Assembly: GCA_046563655.1 (NCBI GenBank)
Contig: CM102283.1
Coordinates: forward strand, 5,704,001-5,768,000
DNA from: Yuukianura sp. NJ FZ-2021
Taxonomy: Eukaryota
Length of the DNA: 64,000 bases
Direction of reading: 5' to 3'
Position 1 is the first letter of the stretch. The number at the start of each line of letters is the position of its first letter. The position numbers and the translations under genes are program-made. Shown here piece by piece: positions 12,157 to 25,500 of the stretch. The notes under the pieces were generated by a model. That model was given only the letters and a program-made list of their open reading frames with translations. It was not told the DNA's origin and ran no database searches.

Positions 12157-15129
12157 TGCACATGCGCAATGGCCTCAACATTCAGAACTTTCACGCACTT
12201 CCGTCTCACGTTTCTTATCCAGTCTATAAAAACTAAAGTATACACTGCGCAGTTGTGAGGAATCGAACCTTCAACTACGTACTGATGATGACTAACCGTG
12301 TTTTGGCGTTGTGGCACATGCTCAAAAGTTAGATGAGGCGTGTGCTGCGGTTAGGTCGTAACTAAAAACGAACGACGAAGATCCAACTATGACTGTGAAG
12401 TTGTTGGGAAGATGATGGTGACATGGGGTGAACTTTTGTTGTTCTTAATCTCCACTTGCCTCTCTGCCAAGATAGGACTAAACTTTTACGTGAATGAATG
12501 GTCAATGAAGTACTGCGGGGAATGAATGAATCGAACCAACTTGAAAGATCCCTCATCCCCTGGACAAGCCAACATCTTCAAAACTTGTTTGATCTCATCC
12601 CCCTCCCCCCAAAAACAGCCACCCTCCCCCCTCTCACCCTAAACACTAGTCAACCTAGGCCAAACAGGTAACTCCGCCATTCATTTCCGCCACACAGGAC
12701 ACAAATCATCGGAAATAGCCAAACTAATTCATTAGCCCAACTTCTAACTTGCTCAAAACGTCTTTGTCTCCTGCACAAGAAATGTATAGTTTCAAAAAAA
12801 AAAGTTCCTTTGGCAATGACTCTTCTGTGGTGGAGGATTGACCTCTTGTAGAGATGGACTTAAAGATTGGACGAAGAGACCTGAAGTGACGATGTTGAAG
12901 TTAGATTGAAGAGGTACTATAGAGAGTGCGTGTTAAGAGAGGTGACATGGAAGTGGACAAATGACAAAGGGATTAGTGTCAACACCTCCATAATCCTTGT
13001 TCAATTCAACTTTTTAAGGAACTTTTTTTTGAAAACGGTGTTTTCGTAACTTGAAACTTTAGAAAAGAAGCTTTTTCGTATCACTCCAATCCATCCGTGT
13101 CACTTTGCATTCATTCTGACGCCGTTTTATGTTTTAGCATCAGATTCAATTTCTTGAAAAAAAAACACACACACAACATAACATAAAAAGTGGAAATCTT
13201 ACAAAACAGGCACAGATGAAGAGACAACTTTCACCATTGCGTTTTTTGTAGCACAAAAATGTGTCTGTGCTTTCACTAATTTTTAAAAACTTCCTTCACT
13301 TTTTTTATTTCCTGAAAAAGTCCAAAAAGTTGAGAGCTTTTAATCTTGAACGTGTGAATTTTGTAATGAATTTTGAAAAAATCTAGGAAATTTTTGAATT
13401 GTTTCATATTTGACGTATCATATTTCACATTTCTGCGAAAGTTGTCGCACTTTTGAGCGTATGTTGTCTGTATGTACGACACAGTTTGATAAACTCACGA
13501 AGATTTTTAAGTGTGTGTAGCGTAAGAGGAAGGATTTCAAGAGAATTTAGGAAATGAGTAATTTTGAAAGAAGGAAAGATTTGGGGATGAGAGGGGTCAA
13601 GAGGTCAGGGAAATTTTCATATTCAATTTCTTCCTTTTGGTGCACTATGATGATATGATTATGGTCTTCAACTCACATATCTTCGTATTTTTTATGTATA
13701 CTACATTACGTGCTAATATAAGCATAACATTATGTACACTATGTTAAAACCATTTCGCTGGACTGGTTTTTTTTGCAAACCTTTTTTTTGCATTTTTTAA
13801 TGCCTCATTAAACGGCGCGTGCTTACGAGTGTTTCTCTCTCTTTAACTTATCAACAAACCACTTCAAAAACTAGCAGACAAAATGTCTTTTGCAGTCGTT
13901 CTTGTTCCGCAATTGATCATCCTCTTGTGACACACGCCTAAAAATAAATAAAACAAACTCTATTTATTTATAGTCTCACTTTCGAGTGTCATAAAACTCA
14001 CTTTTAGTGTAAGATGATCTTCACAGAGCGGGAAATTTTAAAATTTTGAACGTCCCGCCTCCCACGCCGCTTGTGCGTTTCATCTTCCATCAATTATGGG
14101 CCTCATCTTATGTCTTGTGGTTTCGGAGTGGTTTGTTGGAGAGAGAGTCATTTAAAATGTTAGGTTGAAGAAAATTAATAATATTAGGGAAATTGCCTGT
14201 TTAATTTTTCAAACTGTACAATTTCTGGTGCTTTTAATTCCTACAACGGAGCTCTTGAACTTTGGAGGAAAAGAAAAAAGCTTTTGTACTTTTTAAAAAG
14301 TTTGTAAATCCTTTAAAAACTTTTTAAAATAATCTCCTGTGCACTCTTCTGCTACAAAGCAAAAGGGAAAGAAGATTTAGTAGAGAAAATTACCTGCTAG
14401 GCCAGTCCATAAAATTTTATGAGCCTCTTCTTCTGTCAAAATGAAGAATAAGATGAAAGATGAGCATCTTTTTTTCAAGGCATAGCGCCAACAAAAGTCC
14501 CTCAGCTCCGTTAAGCGGGCAACCAAGTGTCTAGGACGTCAGGTTCAGTGAAATGGACACTCAAGAACGGAAACATTCGTACCTAGATGCTGCATGACAC
14601 GACGCTTTTCATTGGTCAGTCTTTGACATAATCAGGTTAGGTCGTCATGTGCGGCTAAAGAAACAAAACTAGTTTTTGGAACATTCAGGTGAGCCAGTTT
14701 CCGGTTAAAAGTGTCCAGGAATTGACTTAAAGAGATTTGGATGATGGACAAATGAAGAGTAGTAAAAGAGGAAGAGGTGTAAGTGCCATCGTGTTGTTTG
14801 GGCAGATAGGAGGTCAGTATGAAGTGAACTACAAATTGGTATCCTAATTACACCTTTCTCCTCACGATCTCCAATCTATCAATCTTCCAGTTTAACAAAC
14901 CACTCATCCCCACTAAATTATTAAACTAAAGACACCCAAGCACCCAGTCATACCTAAGCTACACCTCCGATTAAACACAATTTAAGACTTTCAGACTCTA
15001 AAGTGAATTTAGTTACTCCCTCGAAACAATTTCTTGTCAAAGGGAAATTTTGAAAATTTATTCAAATTCGAATTATTAAAATGAATTGCACAAGACCTGT
15101 AATCCTGTTGGAGCACAAGTTGTTTCAAG

Positions 15130-15830
15130 TTGATCTTTTTGTCAACGCAGCAACACCGCCGCAGGCCTTTCTTCAGCAGCATTTACGTGTTTCTTCAGCA
15201 TATGAAGGATTTTGCAGATTTCAGCTACAACAATGTTCGTGTTTTACTGATTTTCTTCAGAAATTTCCAGCTGACAGCAACAGCAACCTCAGCATTTTTC
15301 TGATATTTTTGCAAAAGCATCGGCTGTTTCTGATTTCTGTTGTAAAATTGAACTTTTCTGATTTCTCCTGCAACATTCAAACTTTCCGATTTCTGCAGTA
15401 ATTAGCAAATTTTGTAAAAATTTCTACACCAATAGCAAGAATTTACGGATATTTCAACAGTAGCATTCGATTTTTCATTATTTTGATTGCGAGATTGAAC
15501 TTTTCTAATTTCTCCTGAAACATTCAAATTCTCTGTTTCTGCAGGAATTTGCAAATATTCCACAGCAGGATCAAAATTCTTCTGCTTTTTGCAGCAACAT
15601 TCGTATTTTTCTGATTCCTTTGGCAGCATTACACTTTCCCTGGTTTCTCATGGAATAACGAATTTTTGTATTTCTGCAGCAGTATTTCTGTTGTTAAGCT
15701 GCGTAACTTTTGGCTATATTCTGAAATTCAGATTTTTTCTGTTTTCTGCAGTATTATCAATCATTTCATGACAAAATATCCAAATTTTTCTGGTTTCCGC
15801 ACCACAAGTTGTAGTTTCTGCAGGTACCGT
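15130..15830. repeat. Degenerate low-complexity tandem repeat (tttctg/gcagca-rich, ~25-bp units) with a ~50-bp direct repeat
   Basis: ttgaacttttctgatttctcctgcaacattcaaactttccgatttctgcag (about 15348-15399) versus ttgaacttttctaatttctcctgaaacattcaaattctctgtttctgcag (about 15495-15544), plus many shorter related units. ORFs over the tract are not protein-like. Confidence 0.55.
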
Positions 15831-17208
15831 GTGTGTTGGACATTGTTTGTAATGTTGATTTATTGGAAGGGAAGAGAAGGCGGACATGGGTCGTCCCTTC
15901 GCCTGTAATTTTTGTATTGTTTACATTTTGTGCTGTCATTAGATCCATGATCTCCCGAACTTCTTGCAGCGGGACGAAGGCGGTTGTCGGATGTTGATGA
16001 ATGCCGCAGTGGAGAGATGCAGAGGGTCCATAAATAATCCTAAAGTCTATCTCCCATCTTGCAAGTGGACGTGGTTAGAATGGACTTTTTAAATGTCTTG
16101 GCTACGTCCACAGGCGCTCATTAAGTCAAGGGACTCCAATCGTTTCATATTCCGTTCCGCCACTCTTCAAAATTTTATATGCCCACCAATATTCAATCGA
16201 TGGACGGAAATCTACATGCAGAGTGGAACCCACAAATGGGTTCTGGAGTGCTTGTTCATACTTGCTTACTGCACAGTCATCTTTTCAATTAACTTACTTT
16301 TAGGCTTCATTTCCTCAACGTATAGTCTAACCTAAAGCTAAAACAGTACATCCGATGTGGCTCAACTTTCAAAATCCAAAAACCGAAAATCGGAAGTTGC
16401 CGTGAAATCGGGGGTGAAATACACAAAAAAAAAACCTCGAAAAATGAAAGTGCTACACAGAAGTCACCGACGCTAACTAACTTTAAATCTTTCAAAAAAT
16501 TATTTTTTGAGAAACAAGTTTTAAAAAAATGCTTGTGTGGGAAATATGAAACCTTATGTTAGGACATTGGCGGCGTGCTATGTGGAACATGAAATGACGG
16601 CAAATTGACCTCTTCCTAATGAAATGACCTCTGATTATATTGAATTCAGTTTTACTTTGAAATTGTAAATGATTTTTTTTTTGAAATTCGAAATGAGCAT
16701 TGGATTTGGTAGTGATGAACGGAAGTCTTAATTGTTGGCTTTCGGCTCCTAATTGTTCCACAATGACATTGGATGTTGGACTGATACTTGTAGAAGTAAC
16801 AATGGAGTTTGAATTGTGATTGACGGATTCGAAGATGTGATTGGCGGAGACACCCGTGGCGGGAGTTAATCACTCCATGCATTTACTTCTTTGTCTTCCA
16901 GATTCAATCTCTCATCTCTCAACATCATCCTTCTACTTCACAGACTCCGTTGTACTACTAAAACTTTGAGGCTTTGTACAATTGGACTTTCTATCGACAC
17001 ATCCGATCTTCAACTTTTAAATCGAAGTTGAAGCGTGAGATGAATAATTGTTCAGACTTTCTTCGGTCAATGAAGAAACAAAGAAACACGTAACATACAC
17101 CCCTACAGAAACTCAAAACTTTTTTGAACTTTTTTAGGTATATATTGACATAAATATCATTTATTCAACCGTTTTAGCCGAACTGCGTTACTACAAAGGT
17201 ACTCCATC

Positions 17209-18456
17209 TTAAGCAGGTATTCGTTCAATGACTCGGTCTCGTTCGGTGTGACCTTTCGGTAGCGGCGGAAGCGAACACAAGCAGAACCGCCAGCGCTGTT
17301 TTCGATTCAGCTTGTCACAGTCTCCGAGTTGCGTTCGCAGACTTTTACTACAAAAAAAAAATTCGAAAAAAAAGTCAAGCCTTTTGAGTTTTGTTAACAA
17401 CTTTTCCGAGATTCCAGTATTGAGAACATGCAGTTACAATCATTTAAATGTCGTATATTAGTACAAGGTACCATAAAACTTGTAATAAACACATGAGCGT
17501 TTACCCAAAATCTCAACTTTTACGCCCAGAGTTTAACAGAAACCGGCGTTTGTATTGGGAAGTAGTTTTGTGGTATCGTGTTTCATTCTACGACATTCAT
17601 ACGATGTGTTGCACTGCATTTTTAAAGTTCATAACGTACGGTGGTGTTTCGTCCTCGGTTTCGCGGGTAGGCGTCCACCTTGAACCAAAATTTTACAATT
17701 TTAATTGAATGAACGATTTGCGGTAAGAAAATGTTCTAAAATTGTAAAAACGAAAGTTTCAGCTTGCAAGAAATCTTACTGTTGACTTTGTAAGCATTTA
17801 GGATTTGCTCCGTTTGGAGTTGGCGTTCCTTTTCCAAAGTCCATGATTTGCCATTTGTCCACGCCGAGAGTTCTGCCAACGAACGTAATGTTCCAGTATC
17901 GGTTGTAAGTTTCTGGACGCTTTCCATCTGGATGCTCAACGATCAGAGCAAGTTCGTTGTGCGTGTTGTTTTGAGACTGAGATCGAATAGTCAGAAACCG
18001 ATGGTCTACAGAAAAAAAATTGAAAATAAAAAAACTGAAGAAATATGATGCAAAATTTTGATAGCATTCTCAAGTAGTTGCGGGTTTACCTTTGAAATAC
18101 TGCAGCGACCATGTCGTGGATGGGACGACACGAAACTTAGTTGTGTTAACGTAACCAGGTCGATAGCCCGGTAGGCCTGGATCCCACGCATGGAGCACCT
18201 AGCAAAAATAGCTTAATTAGATCAGACTAAATCCAGAAGTAATTGGCTTCACAGATTTAATTAAGATTAACTAAATTAAATACTAGATTATTATCTCTTA
18301 CTATTAACTAAAGTTTATACTTACGGTAGCATCCACTTCGTTTTCTATGACGTACACAGCTCCATTAATGAGATTTTCTCCAGGATAATTGTCCGCACCC
18401 TCCTTATCTGGTGTTGTAGCCAACCAAAATATCGAACCGATTAAAGCGAAATTCAT
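17209..18456 (-). CDS. Uncharacterised 214-aa protein, 5 exons, with a C-terminal ricin-B/beta-trefoil-like QxW repeat
   Basis: Exons 18456-18325, 18198-18090, 18005-17780, 17678-17640, 17347-17209 (132+109+226+39+139 = 645 nt), all GT-AG, phase-consistent and without internal stops. Product MNFALIGSIFWLATT...RYWNITFVG...KWQI...PKCLQSQQW...TQLGDCDKLNRKQRWRF...IPA*. Confidence 0.7.
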
Positions 18457-18879
18457 TTTTAAAAAAAAAATTCAAAGTCTAACGAAATCTAGCACGAAAA
18501 GTTTCAAAATAGTGAAATTGTAAGTAGATTTCTACTTGAAAGAGAAAAATCGATGATCTGCCACACTCCACGCAAGTCCACAGATTTTCAAACGTTGACA
18601 TTGGGGTGGAAGTTTTTCAATTTTCAGTAATAAATACACTAAACAGTAATGAGTTAAACATGATAAATTCTCAAATTTCTATTAAATATTTAAAAAAAAA
18701 ATATTTGCATATTATATTTTAATAAAGGTTATCCGAGACAGTATCTGTCTGTGTTAATATTTTGTGGCCAATGGCTACTGGATCATAACTTACGCAAAAC
18801 GTTTGCACTTTACGCAAATACTAAACCTATTTGTAATGAATCGATATCGGTAAAATCGAATGATACAGTAAAGAACGAA

Positions 18880-20190
18880 TCAATTGAAAATGTATTCTCC
18901 CACATTTTTGACCATATCCTCAATGGGTCTCAAATATGGACATTGTTTGTAGTATTTTGAACAGTCGCTTCCCATTTTTCCAGCTTCAAATGCTTTTTGC
19001 ATATGCATCAATGCAGGCAGTTCGTCTCCAAATCCTTTAGCCATTGCTCCAAAAAGATCTTCGAATTGTGAAACGGGTTGTTGGTCTTCCGAGTCATGCG
19101 ACATTCCTTGGGCTCTGCCGACACGCCCCTTCGGTGACAACTGCGACTGCCCAGTATCGTTGGAAATGTCAGAAGAAGCGTTTCTCCCACGCTCACACAT
19201 GGCGTATAAAGCGCAAGTTTGAAATTCTGATGCCGTGTGTCGTACTTGGTTCAAAACGGTAAACCAAAAGTTTCCTCCAGTCCCATTCTTCGTCGGATCG
19301 TCGTCCTTCAATGCTCGAGATTTCGCGTCTTTTTCTACAAACAATCCCAAAATTCAGTAAAACTGAAAATAAACATTTTTGTCGTAAAAATGTGATTTTT
19401 TGTTAATTTACCGCTCCTTTGACTTGATGATCCATAGTAGTCGTTATTATAAGGATAAGCACCCACATCGTACGTTTGTCCGTAGCCCAGTGGCTTGGTG
19501 AGTCCTAGTCCCGGAACTAACGTTTCCAAAAACCCGGGAAAGAAACCACCGAATCCATTCGACGTCCAGCCACCACCCCCTGGCACTCCAAATCCACCTC
19601 CAAACATATTACCAAACTTTGGTAAAATTGCTGGTATGAAAAGAAGTGCAGCAATGCCCACGACAGCAACAACGGCCAACCCGCCAACATTCAATTTCAG
19701 AACATTAGCCAGATCCGAGAGAGAATCGTATCCACGGTGCTGAGAAACTTGGTTTAGAAGACGCTCTGTTGACAGTGACACAAATGGGACCGTAAACGCC
19801 AACCCGAACTACATAAAACAAATGTGATGTCAAGTTTAGAAATCAACTAAGGTCAGAGGTCAAAGGTCACCTGCAAATCCGGAGGTCCTTTGGCAATTCC
19901 AATTCCACTGCGAGGGTTCGGTGCATGCGCATACGGATGAAGTTTCGGGGCGTAGATTGTATTCAAATTGGAAGCTCCGGTGCTCACACGACTGCCATTG
20001 TAGTAACTTCCATCGTATTTATCCGGTATTTTCGGCATGCCCCTACAAAAGTAATGTTTTCAAAATTAAAATTTCGAAATTTCGTATTTCAACATTTCAA
20101 AAAATGTTTTTTGGATTACCCGGATGTCGCTCCAAGGCAAAGATGAACAGCGATCAACAGCCATAAGAAAGTTTCCAGTCCCTGGCCCAT
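18880..20190 (-). CDS. Secreted/membrane arthropod DM4/DM12-like protein
   Basis: Exons 20190-20120 (signal peptide MGQGLETFLWLLIAVHLCLGATSG), 20042-19871, 19808-19412, 19334-18880, phase-consistent. Motifs QFGLAFTVPFVSL, CALYAMCE and AFEAGKMGSDCSKYYKQCP match the DM4/DM12 cysteine pattern. Confidence 0.7.
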
Positions 20191-20927
20191 TGGTAACCGA
20201 ACGTGTCAACAGTTGGATCCTAACTAAAAAGAAATTTTGAAAAACGTAATGATTTATATTAGTTTTTTAATTAATAAGCAGAGGCATTGTTGAATATCAT
20301 TGATCCGGCAAATGAGTATACACTCCCGTGTGACGAAATAATTGCACTTGCGCAGTGCAACAGAGCATGAATCCAATTGGTTAACTGGCAGAGTCAAATG
20401 GTTCTTCCTGACAATGTCCAATTCTTCCCCTAAATTGTGTGTGTCGTCTCGCTCTATGACTTGGTGACAACAAAAGTACACTTCAAATGTCACTTTTCCT
20501 AATTATTGTTCCTCCACCGATGTAACAACTTTCTACTCCAGATACCGTGACATGACGTTCAGTTTTAACCCAATCAAAACACTCAGTTTTCAGAACACTC
20601 AAAACAGAAAACACAAGAAAATTCAGTACTTGTGAGTGATTTCCTTTTGGCTTGTTTTGAAATCATGACCTAATCATAGCCTATTTGTGTTTCCAAAACG
20701 TACTGGCCTGAGCTACTCAAAACGAGTCATGTCCAATTCAAACTGCTTTGTAAAATTTTGAATTATGAAATTCAGTATAAGTGGTTATGAGGAATTATGT
20801 TTCAGAAAAATAATCATATACTCTGAAAACGTTTAACAAAAAGGATAAAACATCTATTCACAAACATACTGGTTATGTTATGTAACTGTAAGAATACGAA
20901 TAAGTTATGCATGCGGTTTCGAATGAC

Positions 20928-22557
20928 TTAGGCTAACCGTGCCACTTTCTCTGGTAATGTTTGCTCCGCAAGGGACAGTCTATCAATCTTGCGCTGAATC
21001 CTCATGGCTTGGAATACCGTTAGACTAGCTGCAGCGGATAGTGCGATCATGAAGGTAAACACCATTCCCCAGCCGTAATTGTCAGCGATGTATCCAACGA
21101 TGGGTCCTTCAATCACGGCTCCAAATGTTCCAATTCCATTGACCTAGAGATTTTTAGTCATTCCAATTAGTTTCTAACTTTAGAAGATGAAGTTTAAAGA
21201 ATTAGAATCATCGTAAAGCATTACCAAGCCTGTTACTGCAGCTCCACTTCTTCTTCCGCCTGCCTCACCAATCTTCATTGAAAATGAACCAGCCAGAAGT
21301 GAATCTGCTGCACCATTGGTGGCTCCCGCCAAAAGTATCCATAGTGCATTGTAAAGGAACCCAAGTTGAGCAGTGGCGGTGAACAAAAACAAACTGATGG
21401 AACTAACCGTCACAAATGTCCACATTCCAAAGAGACCGTCAGCAGCAAAGTAGCGATCAATTATCAGTCCTAAACACAGAAATAAAATTCGTGTTAAAAA
21501 AAGTCTTACGCTAATATGTTCATTTAAGCTTACCTATTACAGGAGATCCAAAGGATCCTCCAATATCAAAAATTGTACTGAATAGTCCGGCTTCGGCAAT
21601 TGTATAATGAAGATGGTGCAGAAGAAACATCGGCAACCACATCATCATGCAGTACCGGACAACTTTAATGAATAGTACGGTCATTGTAATCTCGAAAACG
21701 CCTGGTATCCTCCACAGTGACCAGAATGTCTGTTTCTGTAATTGTTCTTCTGTAGCGAGGTATGCCTTTGAGTTGTTGGCTTCTTTTCCAAGGATTGAAA
21801 TGTTACGAGATTCAGGGGTTTGAATAACACAGAAAACTAGCAGTGCTAAAGCAACTGCAGCGAGAGATGAAGGAACGTAGACCATTCGCCATCCATAGTA
21901 AGACTGAATATAAACTGCAAATGCTGTTCCTGCTGCACCACCGATAAACACAGAGGTAGCAAGTACTCCAACAACAGTGTTGATTTTAGCATCTGGATAC
22001 CAGGCGCAAACGACCTTCACCGAAGCCGGCCATATCGGACCTACATTTATAAATAACGACAAAATTGAACTTAAATGATATGAATACTGTCCACTAATAA
22101 GCTTTCCTCGTAGAAAACTCACTCACCTTGCACTGCACCATTGATGGCCATCAACATGAACAGCACGAAGTACGAATTCCACAAACCGAAAGTGAACATT
22201 GATGTGCCTGCTAGAGCAAGGCACAAAGCGATTGTCAGTCTTGGTCCGAACCGATCCGCGACTTTGCTTGTGCTGACTTGGGCCAGGGCATAAGGCCCTA
22301 GAAGGGCTGTGTCCAACCATCCTAGTTGAGATTTGGTAAATTTCAGTTCCAACTCCAGAAGGGGTTTAATAACCTGAATAACGTAACGTTGCATAGATAA
22401 ATACAATAACAAAACAAGCGTAACATGAAACTTCTCATTATGACTTTAGTAGACCATTTACCCCGAGAGGTTTACGGAGAAAGTAAGTCACCGTGTAGGC
22501 GAGCCATGTTGCACCAAACGTAATCAGTTGATACTTCTGTAGAACTGATGTGAACAT
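20928..22557 (-). CDS. MFS sugar-phosphate exchanger, SLC37/GlpT-like
   Basis: Exons 22557-22462, 22373-22127, 22040-21534, 21469-21225, 21143-20928. Motifs TWLAYTVTYFLRKPLGVIK, ADRFGPR, KVVRYCMMMWLP, FDIGG and AAVTGLVNGIGTFGAVIEGP, with multiple hydrophobic helices. Confidence 0.85.
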
Positions 22558-25500
22558 GGTTGGTTTGTCCTGTCAGTCAGAAACCGATAAAAAAATACGC
22601 TTCAGTCTGCAACACGCAACCACCAGCTGGAAAGTTGTTTAGTCCGCCTTCACGACTTCTACAAAACACAAACAATGAAAATTGTTAAACTTAACCTAGA
22701 GATTACTATACTAATATTATTATACTATTATGTAGAAAATTTAACTATTTACTTGTTTGCGATGAAATTAAAATTTTACTTAACTCCACAAAGCTTGAAC
22801 AGCTGAAGCTATTCAATTTAATATCCGGTCTTACCCGACACGTCCGTTCGTTGGACTCCTCTCATTTCCTGTTAAATGACTGATGACTAGACCTTACTTG
22901 GTTGGTTGAGTTAATTAACTACGTAAAGAGCTTCCCACACAACTTCCCCGTTTCTTCTGAATCTGAATTGACAATTGTAAATTTTAAATCTGAAAGTCGG
23001 TTGGGGTAAGGTACAAGGAGCGTCATTGTAGCATAACCTAACGCTGCAACAACGCTGTAATTACAATAGGTAAGCTACTCTGTGTGGGAACGTATGGTAC
23101 CACCTTATGTAAAGTTAGGATGAGTTCAACTGACTAACTAAGTCGCCATTTTCAGTTAAGTATTGTTGCCTAGTATTGTAGCCACTTCACAAATAGCTAC
23201 GCTGTGTGGTTACAATTACGTTCAATATTTCTTATGGCACTCCAAAACCGAAACAAACGCACGCACCAATTCTCTGAAAACTCGGAAATTTCAGGAAATA
23301 CTGCGAACACAAATGTACGGTGTAGATCAATAAGAGAAAGCTGCATCAGAAGGATAGGTATTTTTTTTAAATCTTGATTCTTCTTCTGCAATTAATTCGG
23401 TATTTAAAGCACTACTGCTGGCATCTCTTGCTGTGGTTATTCTGCTTCATACCTTCATTGGACATAAATAGCCTAGCCTGAACACATTGTAATTCATTAA
23501 TCATATTCGTAATGAGTCGGCTTTTGAAACAAGTTGTTCTTTCTTCTTCATTTTTTCCTGCGAATTCCTGAAAATTGCTATTCTCAGTTGCAAATTGCAA
23601 CCTGCATCATTTATCCGAAATTGTTACTCACAAAAAACGTAGTTTAGTTGAACTTCGGTTTCATTTTACATACAGCGTATAAAAACGTAACCCTAATAGT
23701 ATGAAGTTTGAAGTTGGAATTAGAAAGTGTGGAATTTGAAGGGGGATGCTTCGAATGCCCGGTTGGCAGGGGAGTATCGGAGGAGGGGGGCATTGACTGG
23801 AACTTTCACTTCCATAATCCGAGCCTTGGCAGGGACACATATTGTGCCTATCGATTACAAGCCTCAGTCTCCCCTACCCATTGTTAGCTAATCCTTAATC
23901 GTGAAATCGGCCACACGTGTTGCTCCCTTATGCTAAATGACAACTTCAATCTCCCTCCATTTAGACATTATCCACAACAATAATGCATGGAACACTTCTT
24001 TCTTTTCTTTCTCCAACTTACAAAGTCAAAAATCAAAAATAGCAAGTCCAAAAACCGAATTTCTAATTTTAGAAGTTTCAGAAGTGGAGCAGAAAGAGAG
24101 TCAATAGTCGAAAAATGAGACTAAACCATACCAGAGATTACGTTCTTTCAAAAAAAAAAGTTCTGTCACAAAATTAGAAATTTTGAAATTTTTTGGAAAA
24201 CGGTGAAAGTTGATATTGCGAGAGATGACACCCGAGAGTCCACTTTTTCTGTAATTCGACGCATCACTAAATCCTTAGTTTCAGTTGTCTATTTCAATTC
24301 AAAGGTCACCGGGATAATTCTTTCTTGTTCTTTTTTTTTTGTAGAAAAGGGAGGGGAAAGCGGGATAATTTGAAAGTTGCTAAGGATGCATGTAAAGTTG
24401 AGTCAAAGGATGATGACAAGCCTAAATTAAATTTGACAATTTTACGGTTGACACAAGAATGGGAAATCAGTTCCACTGTCTCTCCGTCCAGAAGACGACA
24501 TCTGGGCGCTACGAATTCTAAACCAACAATTGCATATTTGTTGCACAGTTCCAATTGTTATGTTTTTCCTTTGAATGTTGCTAATGCAGGTTCTACAAAA
24601 GTTCAAAGATTTTACTTGAAAACTGGCCTAAAAACAGCTCTCGGGTCAAAGTTCAATTCGCGCTACAACAAAACTGGGCCAGAGGTCAAACTCACTTTCG
24701 GTTTCGTTCAAATTTGTCCAAGTCTTTAGTGTTTCGCTGCAGTCACATGCCAATGAAATGGCAAAAAAGGCTATTCATACGACATTGTCTGACTGTCTGT
24801 TCACATTTTCGTAATTCATGCCATTGCACTTCTAGGTTTAAAATTCAAACTGCTAAACACATCACAAAAAGTAAATGACAATTTTGAATTCATTTTGCTC
24901 TTGCATTTTGTGTTTTAAACCTTGCAAAGTAAGAAACTAAACATTAGTGCAAAAGTAGTAAATGTAAATTTTGTAAGTGACAATCATTTGTACAAGTTTG
25001 TTTCTGGCAACGGAAATGGAAGTACATTTGCTTCCAGAAGAGACAAATGGCAACTCCGTTGACAAGCGACAAGACTACCACAAAGTGAACAACACCGAAC
25101 ATTGTACAGCATGGCACACAGTGACTTTACATTGATGAGCGCAGGATGTTATTCAACCTATGTCCTTAGCAGAATTAATTAACACCAGAACTCATTCGTT
25201 CTACAGGACACCAAAAATCAACATTTCATTTGTTCATGTCAAAAACTCTAATTTTTAAAACTCGATTGACCTAAAACTGAATTGCAAGTTTTTCGAACAT
25301 TCGAGTTTTTCAGATTTTAGTAAAAAGCAGGAATATATTCGAAAAGACTGTTTTTTGCTTTTTTCTGAAAATCTAACTTTTGTGTAAGTTTTCCAAAGTT
25401 TTGTGACTTTTTTGAAACTTTCTTTTAGTTTCTAACAAGGTTCGAACAGTCGAAGAGGAGAAAAGCACCACTTGTGCTGGGTTTAACTTAGGAGCAAGGG

